DNA of 64,000 nt from Rebecca billardiae RCC1528 (taxonomy: Eukaryota > Protista > Haptophyta), in contig OZ251237.1 in assembly GCA_965240325.2 (NCBI GenBank), positions 496,001-560,000 of the forward strand, given 5' to 3'. Under the pieces are notes generated by a model, which saw nothing but the letters and a program-made list of their open reading frames with translations, was not told the DNA's origin and ran no database searches. A program made the position numbers and the translations under genes. The first letter of the stretch is position 1. Every line of letters starts with the position of its first letter. Below are positions 35,814 through 47,000 of this stretch, piece after piece.

Positions 35814-37734
35814 TCAACGCCGCGTCGTCGACTTCTTCTTGGTGCGCAGGTTGGGCTGGCTCGCCATGCCAAAGCCCGGCGTCGCGCCCAGGCCGAACTG
35901 TGCGGTCCCGGCGCCCAGCCCCCCGCTGAAGCCGCCAGCCAGCGACGGCGCCGCGCCCAGGGCGGACGGGGCCGGCGTCGCAGGCGAGCCGAACAGCGAC
36001 GCACCCGGCAACCCCGCAGATGCGCTCGGGCCGGCCGGCGCGCCGAAGGGCCGCGCGCCGAGCGCTGCTGACGCGGCCGGTGCGGTGTTCGCCGGCTGCC
36101 CGAGCGGCGCGAAGAGGCTCGGGGCCGTCGTGGTTTGCAACGGCCCCGACGCCGCCGGCTGCTGCTGCCCCGCGCTCGACGACGGCGGCGCCTGCGCCAC
36201 GCGCGAGGGCGGGAGGGCGCTTCAGCGGGCACGGGCGCGGGCGCGCCGCACGGGCGCGCGGCAGGCACCGCCGGCCACGCGCGCCGCACCTGCGCGTTCG
36301 ACCAGTGCACCAGGTGCGCGCGCGGGATGCCCGCGTGCTTGTGCTTCGTGCTGATATTGGCCGCATCCGAGTCCGCCTGCGCACGGGCACGGGGCCGCGC
36401 ACGCGCGCGCGGCCAGCGCGTCAGCGGCGGGGCGCGCGGGCGCCGCACGCGTGGCGCCACGCGCGGCGCGCGCATCGGCGGCGTGCGCGCGCCTTGGCGA
36501 ACGGATCGTGCCCCACCCGCGCGATGTGCTCCCGGCGCAGCCGGTCCGTGTGCGCGTGCGTCTCGGCCACGCGCGCGGCCAGCGACTCGAGCAGCTGCTG
36601 CTGCTGCGCCATCAGGTGGTGCAACTCTGCGGTGCCGCCGCGCGCGTCGGCGCCGCCAAACTCCGCGGCCCACGCGCGCGGCTGCTCGGCGGCGGCGACG
36701 AGCTGCTCGACCGAGACGAGCTGCGCGTCGAGCGCCTCCGCCTGCCGCCGCATCGAGCCCAGCTGCCGCTCGAAGAAGCCGTACGTCAGCGCCGAGCCGC
36801 CGTCCGCGCCGCCGAGCGCGAGCTGCGCGCGTCGTTCAAACGCTTCCTCCGCGAGCCGCGCGTCGCGGACGACCTCGTCGACCTGCGCCTTGAAGCGGCG
36901 GGTGGTGGCCTCGTCGGCCTCGAGCTCGGCGCGCATGTGCTCCACGCGCGCCGAGCACTCGCGCGCCGCGCCGCTCACGTGCCGCAGCTCGCCGTCGTCA
37001 ATCCCCTGCGTCGGCAGCAGGTCGCGGTTGAACTGCGCCGTCCGCTCGATCAGCGCGTCGAGCTGGTCGAGGAACTGGCGGTGCTCGGCGGGGAGCTTGG
37101 CGTACGGCGTGTCGAGCGTGACGGAGGGCCCGGCCGGCGCGAGCGGCGCCGCGCTCGCCGCGGGCATGCCCGAGAACCCGCCGCCGTACGCGCCGCCCGC
37201 CGCCCCGAACAGGTTGGCGCCCCCCGGTGCGCCGGGCGCGCCGCCAAACAAGCTCAGGCCGCCGCCGCCGGCCGCGGCGGGGTTGGCGGGCGCGCCGAAG
37301 AGGCCCGCGCCCGGTGCGGCGCTCGTGCCCAGCGGCGCCGCGCCGAAGAGTGACGGCGGCGCCGCGCTCGCGCCCGGCGCCGCGCCGAAGAGGCCGGGCG
37401 CACCCGCGCCCGGCGCTGGCGTCGACGCCGCGCCAAACAGCCCACCCGCGCCGGACGCGGCGGGGGTCGCGCCGAAGAGGCCGCCGGTGGCCGGCATGCT
37501 CGTCGTCGGCGGCGCACCGAACAGCGACGGCGCCGCGGTGCTCGCCGGCTGCTGCGGCGCGCCGAAGAGGCTCGCGCCGGCCTGCGGCGCGCCAAACAGC
37601 GACGGCGCGCCGGTCGGCGCCGCGGTGCTCGCGGGTGCGTTCGGCGTGAAGAGGTTGTTCGTCGCGGGCTGCCGCGCGAGGCCCGGTGTCGACGCTGCCT
37701 GGAACGGGTTTGAGCTGCCGCTCGGCGCGAACAT
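35814..37734 (-). CDS. FG-repeat nucleoporin, Nup58/Nup49-like
   Basis: Many SLFG/GLFG repeats at both ends, central coiled coil, HDPF motif. Introns 36377-36492 (GC-AG) and 36192-36289. Confidence 0.75.
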
Positions 37735-37949
37735 CGCGCGCTCCGCGACAGCGCGTCGCCGATCGCCCGCGGCTCGTGCCGCGCGAGCTCACTGCCGGGC
37801 CGATCGACAGGCGCGCGCAGCCGCTCGTCAGCTCACGGAGTTAAGAGTCAGGTTGCCCGAGCGCGGCAGGCAGCGGGAGTCCGGTGCATCGAAGCTTCAT
37901 CAAAGTTCAGCAAGCCCTCGGTCGTCGGCAGCCGGCAGCGGAAGACACG

Positions 37950-40900
37950 ATGAGGCGCTACGTCGCCGTGTTCGTGATGTCGCTGGCGTTCGCCGCGGCG
38001 GCGGCGTCGCCGCCGCGGGGCTCGGGGCTCCGGCTGCGCGGTGGCGCCTCGAGGCGCGTCACGCACCCCGAGCTCGACTCGCGCCTGCTCCGCCGGCTCA
38101 CGTTTGGCTGGCTCAACCCGCTGATCGATGCGGGCGCCGAGCGCAGCCAGCTCACCGACGACGACCTGATCGAGCTGCGCGAGGTGGACCGCTCCGAGCA
38201 CGTGCACGAGCTCTTTGACCGCGCCTACGTCGAGACCTCCGGCCCGTCCGACGCCGAGCGCCCCGCGCTGCACATCTTCCGCACGCTCGCGCGCGCGTTT
38301 GGCCGCCCGTTTGCTCTGACCGGCGTGCTCAAGCTCGTGAACGACTGCCTGCAGTTCGCGGGCCCGCAGCTGCTGCGCATGACGGTGAAGCTCGTGCAGT
38401 CGCCCGAGCGCAACGTCTTCGCGGGCGGCCGGCTCGTCCTCCTCCTCTTCCTCTCCTCCGCCATGCAGGCCATCCTGCTGCGCCACTACTTCTTCCAAAA
38501 CTTTCGCACCGGCATGCGGATCAACTCCGCGATCATGGCGGCGGTGTACGCCAAGACGCTGCGGCTGTCGTCGGGGTACCTGTCGAACGCGTCGACGGGC
38601 CAGCTGGCCAACCTGCTCACCTCCGACGCGCAGCGCATCTCCGACCTGCTCGGGTGCGCGCGCCGGCGCGCGTCCTCGATGCGCGCCGCGCCGCGCGCGC
38701 GCTCAAGCGCTCGCGCGACGCCCGTCTGAGCGGAGTGCGCACCGCGCCCCATCGGCGTGCAGGTACCTGCACGCGCTCTGGTTCGCGCCGTTCCAGATCC
38801 TCGTCGCGCTCGCCTTCCTCTGGCGCGAGATCGGCATCTCCACCCTCGCCGGCCTCGTGACGATCGTGCTGTGCCTCGCTGGCAACTCCGCCATCGCTCG
38901 GGTCACGTATGCCCTCAACAAGAAGCTGGTCGAGACGGCGGACGAGCGGCTGCGGCTGACGGCGGAGGTGTTCGGCAACATGAAGCTGGTCAAGATGAAC
39001 GTGTGGGAGGAGCCGTTCGCCGCGCGGCTCCGCGCCGTGCGCGCGCGCGAGGTCGCGCAGATGCGCACGCTCGCCGCGCTGCGCGCGCTGCTCAACACGC
39101 TGTTCACCGCGACACCGACGCTCGTCGCCGCGGCGATGCTCACGTGCCACTGCGCGCTGGGCTTCCGGCTGGACGTGCCCGCGGCGCTGACGGTGCTCGC
39201 GCTGGTGAACATGCTGCGCACGCCGATGCTCTTCCTGCCCATCGTCTCGAACAATGTGATCGAGGCCTCCTTTGCCGCGCGCCGGATCGCGCGCCACCTG
39301 CGCGCGCCCGAGCACGCGCCGCTCGGCGCGGGCGAGCTCACGGCGCCTGGCGTCCGGCTGCGCGGCGCGCACTTCCAGTGGCCGGAGGCGGAGGAGGAGC
39401 CGGCGGCGGGCGGCAAGACGGGCGCGTCGCCCACGGCCGCCGCCGCCGACGCCGCCGCCGACGCGCCCGGCGGCCGCGAGACGTTCGCGCTGCGCGCACT
39501 CGACCTCGAGCTCGGCTCGAAGCAATTTGCCGCCGTCGTCGGCGCTGTCGGCGCGGGCAAGTCGGCGCTGCTCGCGGCGCTGCTCGGCGAGCTGACGCTC
39601 ACGCGCGGCGTGGCGGCGCTGCGCGGGCGCATCGCTATCTGCCCGCAGCAGCCCTTCATCGCGCGCGGCACCGTGCGCGACAACATCGTCTTCGGCGCGC
39701 CCTTTGACCGCGCGCGCTTCGACGCTGTGATGGCCGCGTGCGCGCTCGACGTGGACGCGCGGTCGTGGCCCGACGGCGCGGAGACGGAGATCGGCGACCG
39801 CGGCGCGACGCTCTCGGGCGGGCAGCGCGCGCGGATCGCGCTCGCGCGCGCCGTGTACGCCGACGCCGACGTCTACCTCCTCGACGACCCGCTCTCCGCC
39901 GTCGACTCGACGGTCGCGCGCCACCTGACGACACACGTGCTCGGTCCAACCGGCATGCTGAAGGGCAAGCTGCGTATTGTCGCGACCAACGAGCTGGGCG
40001 CGGTGGGCAAGGCGGACGTGGTCTTCGGGATGGACGACGGGCGGATCGTGCAGCGCGGCACGCCGCTCGAGCTCGCCGCCGCGCACGGCGGCGTGTACGC
40101 GAGGCTGCTCGCCGCCGCCGAGCGCTCGCGCCCCGTGGCCGCCGGCGCAGCGGCGCCGGGCGACGCGCCCGCCGGCGGGGCGGCCGCGGGCGCTGCCGCC
40201 GCTGCACCGCCGGCGGCGGCGACGAGCCTGCGCGAGGCGATCGCGGCCGGCGCGGGCATGGACGACGACGACGACGACGACGACGACGAGCCCGACCAGC
40301 AGCCCGACCGCTCGGCCGAGCCGCGCCGCGCCGACGCCGTGCAGAGCGCGCGCACCGAATCGGACCGGCTGGCCGAGCAGCATCGGCGCGTGCCGGAGGA
40401 CCTGGCGCACGAAGTGACGGCGTCGCTCGAGGCCTCGGACTCGGGCTCGGCGGAGGAGGAGGAGGCGGGGCAGCCGGCGCGCGGTGGCGGCGCGCCGCGC
40501 TCGGGCGCGCAGCCGGTCGCCTCCGGGCTCACCATGCCCGAGGAGTCCGGCGTCGGCCGCGTCTCGCGCCGCCTCTACTCAGTCCTGCTGCGGGCGGCGG
40601 GCGGGCGCCGAATGCTGTCGCTGGTCTCGCTCGCCTTCTTCGCGGCGGAGGCGGCGTCTGTGGCGACGAACTGGCGGCTGACGCACATGTCGCGCGCGCG
40701 CACGCCGCTCGGCGGGCTCCGCGCGTACTGCCTGCTCGGCGCGCTCTCGGCGCTCGCCGTCTTCTTCCGCCAGCTGCTCGCGCTCGGCGCGGGCCTGCGC
40801 GCCGGCACGGTGCTGCACGAACAGCTGATCCGACGGCTGCTGCGCGCGCCCGTCGCCTTCTTCGACGCGACGCCGCTCGGCCGGCTGGTGAACAGGCTGT

Positions 40901-42321
40901 CCAAGGACCAGCGCACGCTCGACCTGCAGCTGCCCTCCACCATCTCGCAGTACGCGCAGACCATCCTCGTGTGCGCGAGCACGTGCGCGCTCATCTGCGC
41001 GACCGCGCCCGCCGCTTTGCTCGCGCTCGCGCTCGCGGCAATCGCCTACTCGTCGCTGCAGGGCCGGTACGTGAAGACGTCGACCGGGCTGCGCCGGCTC
41101 GAGTCGGCGGCGCGCTCGCCCGTGCTCTCGTCCGTGCTCGAGGGCGTCGAGGGCGCCCCCTCGATCCGCGCCTTCGGCGCGACCGCCTCGAGCACGGCCG
41201 CGCAGCGCGCGATGCTCGACCGGCTCTCGCGCGCCGTCTACGCTCTGATCGGGACCAACTCTTGGCTCGGGCTCAGGCTCGAGATCGTGGGCTCGGGCGT
41301 GGTGGCGGCGGCGGCGGTGGCGGCGACGCTGCTGCCCAACGTGCTCGGCGCGGACGCGGGCACCGCCGGCCTCGCCCTCGCCTCCTCGCTGCAGCTCACG
41401 CAGGTGCTCAACTGGAATGTCCGGACGGCCTGCGAGCTCGAGACGCAGATGATTTCGGTCGAGCGCGTGCACGACTTGGCGGTGGGCGCCGTCGAGGCGC
41501 CGTCCTTCCTCGCGGCGCCGCCGGCCGAGGCGGGCGGCGCGAGCCGCGGCGCGGGGGCCGACGCGGCGTGGCCCACCGCCGGCGCGCTCACCGTCTCCAA
41601 CCTCACCGCGCACTACCACTCCGCCGCCGAGCCCGTGCTCCGCCGCGTGAGCTTCTCGGTCGCGCCGGGGCAGCGGCTGGCGGTCGTCGGTCGGACCGGC
41701 TCGGGCAAGTCGACGCTGCTGCTCTGCCTGCTGCGGCTCGTCGAGCCGAGCGGCGGGCGGATCGCGATCGACGGCGTGGACACGTCGTCCCTCGGGCTCA
41801 CGCGGCTGCGCGCCGCGCTCGGCGTCGTGCCGCAGGAGCACACCACCTTCTCCGGCACGCTTCGCGACAATCTCGACCCGAGCGGCGCGCGCTCCGATGC
41901 GGAGCTGCGCAGCGCGCTCGCGGCGGTGCGGCTTGGCCACCTCGCGAGCTCGCTGGACGAGCCGCTCGGTGCGGGGCCGGGCGCGCCGGTGAAGCTCTCG
42001 GCGGGGCAGCGCTCGCTGCTCGCCATCGCGCGCGCGCTGCTGCCCCCGCGCCGCGCCGTCGTGCTCATGGACGAGCCCACCGCCTCAGTCGACGCCGAGA
42101 CGGATGCGCTCGTGCAGCAGCTCTTCGCGACCCACTTTGCAAACAAGACGACGATCACGGTCACGCACCGGCTGCGCACGATCGAGCAGGCGGACCGCGT
42201 GCTCGTGCTCGACCATGGCGCCGTCGTGGAGGAGGGCAGCCCGAGCGAGCTGCTCGCCTCGCCGGACTCCGCGCTTGCAGGCCTGCTGCGCTCGGGCACC
42301 ATCGAGCGCGAGCGCGTGTAG
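37950..42321 (+). CDS. ABCC/MRP-family ABC transporter (TMD-NBD-TMD-NBD) with signal peptide
   Basis: TFGWLNPLI, Walker A GAVGAGKS and GRTGSGKS, signatures LSGGQ and LSAGQ, LLDDPLSAVD, FFDATPLGRLVNR; intron 38654-38762. Confidence 0.93.
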
Positions 42322-44040
42322 CGCGTGTAGCGACTGAAGTGGCATCGGTGTCTCTCTATATAGCACCTGATGATGCGCATCATCAGTCGCGGCAGCCGCA
42401 GACATATCTGCTGACGACTGCATTGCCACGGCGCAGACTTATACTACTACTGCTGTATGCTGTAGTATTACAGTCCGGGCTGGTCGTCCCACTGAGTCCG
42501 AGTGAGTATGCGCCGGCGTCTGCCAGCTCACGAGCTGACGAGCGCGACTTCATCAAGTTCAGCAAAGGCCATCAAAGCTAGCGCGCGGACGAAAATCAGC
42601 TCGCCGAGAGGGCCCCGGCCCCGGGCCTGTGCGGGGTCGCGGTCGCGGCGCCGGGCGCGGGGATGCTGTCAGCTTCCGAGCCCGTACAGCTCGTCGCGCG
42701 CGCTCGGGGCGGTGCGCGAGGCGAAGCGGTACGACGGTGGCGTCGCCGAAGCAGCACCGCAGCAGCCACCGCTCGATGATGTGCGCGGCGTGAAGTGCAT
42801 GCGCACCGAACGTCTCCTCGTCGCGACATGCGCACCGCCTGCCGCAGCGCCCGCCGCTGCCAAGCCCGCCGCCGCTGCGCCATCAGCCGGCCCGGTGCTG
42901 CCGCACTCCCCGGGCGACCACTCGAAGATGCGCGCAGCGTGACGTGCGCGCCGAGTAACTCCTCGTAGCGAGATGCGCTCCGCCGGCGGCCGCCGCGCCG
43001 GTCGCCGCAGGGTCCACCGCCGCTGCGTCTGCCACCCCGCCGCCCGCCACAGTGCCGCGCCAGCGCAGGCGCAGCACCCGACCGCTGCGGCGCCCGCCCG
43101 GCTGTCACGCCCGCCGTCAGCAGGCCCGATGCTGCCACGCACGCCGCAGCGGTCGGGGCGTTTGATGCCGTCGCAGACGACGTGCGAAGCGCGGCGTCAG
43201 TACGCGGAGTCGGTCGCCGTGCGCACGCGGTCGACGCGCAGGGGCGCCGCAGCAGATGTCAGGTATGGTGACTGCGCTTCCGGCGGGCGTTTTGAAGCGG
43301 AATTTCTGGAACGCGTTGCTCACTGAAACTCGTGAGGAACCACCGTGCCCGATTTTGCACCCCGCGGACGCACGGTCGGCGCGCCGCGCGAGCCCGCACC
43401 GGGCGCAGAATGGGCGGGCCCTCTCCAGTCGTGGTGCCAGTTGCCACGATTCGGCGGCGTCTTGAGCTTGCGCGCGTCCGCAATCGCCCAGGTTCGCCTC
43501 ACAACTCGTGGTGCTCACTTCCCCGCCGGCTCACGCGGCGGACTCGCACTCGCCTCGCGCCCCAGCCTCACAGTTCGCGCGCAACCGCCGAACCTTCGCC
43601 GCCGAACCTTCGCATACTAGCTCCGTCTGTGCGTCTCCTATTCTCATCAGTAAACCAATCGCCCTTATTGAGTAAACTGTATAGACAGTACCCCCATATC
43701 GTCGCGTTTGCCGTAGGACTGTATCATACAGTTTGGACAAGGGCTCCAGGAACGGATCGTCGTAAAGTAGTAGAAAAAGTAGCGTCAACATTATGAACAA
43801 CATGGGAATAATCGCAACGACATGCGCTACCGGCGACCCCGAAGCCTCCAGCCCCTTGCGGTTATTAACTAAGACACTGTAAACTGTTAGCGTAGTGTAC
43901 CCATTCTACTTTAATGAGAATCGGTCGAGCGAGCCTTTATTGACGAACGAATTGCTGACTACACGCGCTTTAATTATACATATCCCCATCGCCGCATCTC
44001 ACCGCCTCATCCAATCCGCCGACGAGGCGCGCGCACCATC

Positions 44041-47000
44041 ATGCTCACCATGCTCACCAGCACCCCGCCGCCGACCCGCCGGCGGCATGCCAGTGTCGTC
44101 GCGCTCGTGATGCTTCTGTTGGTGTCGGGCGCTGCTGGCATCGCTTTCGAAAGCAGCACCGAGTACACGGACTGCATCGCCGACCCGGCGGCGTGCACCA
44201 GCCTGGATGTGCGTGTCGCGGCGCGAGGCCCCGCGCCCATCGGGCCATCCATCGCGACGGCGAGGCCAAACCTTGGCTCATGGCGCGCTCCGGCGAGCGG
44301 CCATGTAGCACAGGCGTGCGACGACGGTCGCCACGCGCTGCTGCGAGGAGCGATACCGCGCTCGCACGGTCGCCCTGACCTGCAGCAGTGGTCGCCTCCT
44401 GTCGCACGCAGCCTGTTGCCGTCGCTCTCTGTCTGACGTGCACCTCGCGCCGCGCGGCCACGCGGCGCGCGTGCCGTGTGCGCAGGTGGGTTCTGCTGGC
44501 TTCTCGGGCACCATTCCAACCGCCGTCGGTACGCTCTTCGCCCTCACTTTGCTGTACGCGCATGGCGCAGCGCGTGTGCCTACGAGCGCGGGCAGCGCGC
44601 GCAGTCGTGTGCTCGCCGGACGCCAGGCAGGCAGCCGAGAGGAACGTCAGAGGCATGCGCTCACGCGGCTCGCTCGTTCTCGCCTGGGGCTGCCTGCGCA
44701 CTGCACTCGAACGCCACTCGCTGCGCAGGCACCTCGATGCCAACTCCTTCTCGGGCAGCCTTCCGACGGAGATCGGCCTCATGACGGCCCTGACCGACAT
44801 GTATGCGCGGCCAGGACCACGGGCGGTGGCGCGACATGCTCGCCAGCCACGCGGGCGCACAGCGCGGCGCACGTCCTGCCGAGTCTGACCGCCCGCTCGC
44901 GTCGGCAATGCGCTCGAACGCCACTCGCTGCGCAGGCGGGTGCATGCCAACTCCTTCTCGGGCACGCTGCCGACGGAGATCGGCCTCATGACGGCCCTGA
45001 CCGATATGTATGCGCGGCAGGGACCACTGGCGGTGGCGCGACATGCTCGCCAGCCACGCGGGCGCACAGCGCGGCGCACGCCCTGCCACGCCTGACCGCC
45101 CGGTGGCATGCGATGCGCTCGCTGCGCAGGCTGGCGCAAGCCAACTCCTTCGCGGGCTCCCTGCCGACGGAGATCGGCCTCGTGACGGCTTTGACCCGAA
45201 TGTACGCGCGGCTGGGGCCAGGGGCGGTGGCATGCCAATCTCGCCAGCCACGCGGGTGCACAGGCGTGCGCATACAGCGCTGCTGATGCGCACGCTCTGC
45301 CTAGTCTGACCGCCCGCTCGCGCCGGCAATGCGCTCGAACGCCATTCGCTGCGCAGCTCAGTGACCACCAACTCCTTCTCGGGCACCCTTCCGACGGAGA
45401 TCGGCAACATGACGGCTTTGACCGCAATGTACGCGCGGCCGGGGCCAGGGGCGGTGGCGCGCCATTCTCGCCAGCCACGCGGGCGCACAGCGCGGCGCAC
45501 GCCCCGTCCAGCCTGAGCGCCCGCTCGCGTGCGACCCGCTCGAACGCCACTCGCTGCGCAGCAACATGAACGACAACTCCTTCTCGGGCAGCCTGCCGAC
45601 GGAGATGGCCCTCTTGCCGGCCCTGGACTGGATGTATGCGCGGCCGGGGCCAGGAGTGATGGCGCGACATGCTCGCCAGCCATGCGGGCGCACAGCGCGG
45701 CGCACGTCCTGCCGAGTCTGACCGCCCGCTCGCGTGCGACCCGCTCGAACGCCACTCGCTGCGCAGTTGGGCGCATGACAACTCCTTCTCGGGCAGCCTT
45801 CCGACGGAGATCGGCCTCATGACGGCCATATGTACGCACGGCCGGGGCCAGGGGCGATGGCGCGACATTCTCGCCAGCCACGCTGGCGCACAGCGCGGCG
45901 CGCATCCTGCCGAGTCTGACCGCCCGCTCGCGTCGGCAATGCGCTCGAACGCCATGCGCTGCGCAGGCACTTGTACAGCAACTCCTTTGCGGGCTCCCTG
46001 CCAACGCAGATTGGCCTCATGACAACCCTGACCCGGATGTATGCGCGATCAAGGCCAGGGGTGGTGACACGCCATTCTGACCCGCCACGCGGGCGCACCG
46101 CGCGGCGCACGCCCTGCCGAGTCTGACCGCCTGCTTGCGTGGGCAATGCGCTCGAACGCCATTCGCTGCGCAGGTACGTGAATTATAACTCCTTCTCCGG
46201 CACCCTTCCGACTGAGCTCGGCCTCATGACGGCCATGATCTATATGTACGCGCGGCCGGGGCCAGGAGCGATGGCGCGACATTCTCGCTATAGACACGCG
46301 GCCGCACAGCGCGGCGCACGCCCTGCCGAGCCTGACCGCCTGCTCGCGTCGGCAATGCGCTCGCACGCCACTCGCTGCGCAGGCGGGTGTTTACCAACTC
46401 CTTCAATGGCACCCTTCCCACGGAGATCGGCCAGGTGACGGCCCTGGCTATGGGGTACGCGCTGCCGGGACCACGGGCGGTGGCGCGACTTGCTCGCCAG
46501 CCACGCGGGCGCACAGCGCTGCGCACGCCCTGCCGAGCCTGACTGCCAGCTCGCGCCGGCAATGCGAGTGAACGCCCCTCGCTGCGCAGAATGGTGAACA
46601 TCAACTCCTTCTCGGGCTCCCTGCCGACGGAGATCGGCCTCGTGACGGCTTTGACGGCAATGTGCGCGCGGCAGGGGCCAGGGGCGGCGGCATACCAATC
46701 TCGCCAGCCACGCTGGTGCACAGCGCTGCTGATGCGCACGCTTTGCCGAGTCTGACTGCCCGCTCGCGCCGGCAATGCGCTCGAACGCCATTCGCTGCGC
46801 AGCACAATGAACACCAACTCCTTCTCGGGCACCCTTCCCACGGAGATCGGCAACATGGGGGCTGTGACCGATGGGTACGCGCTGCCGGGGCCAGGGGCGG
46901 TGGCGCGACATGCTTGCCAGCCACGCGGGCGCACAGCGCGGCGCACGCCCTGCCGAGTGTGACCGCCCGGTGGCATGCGATGCGCTCGAACGCCACTCGC

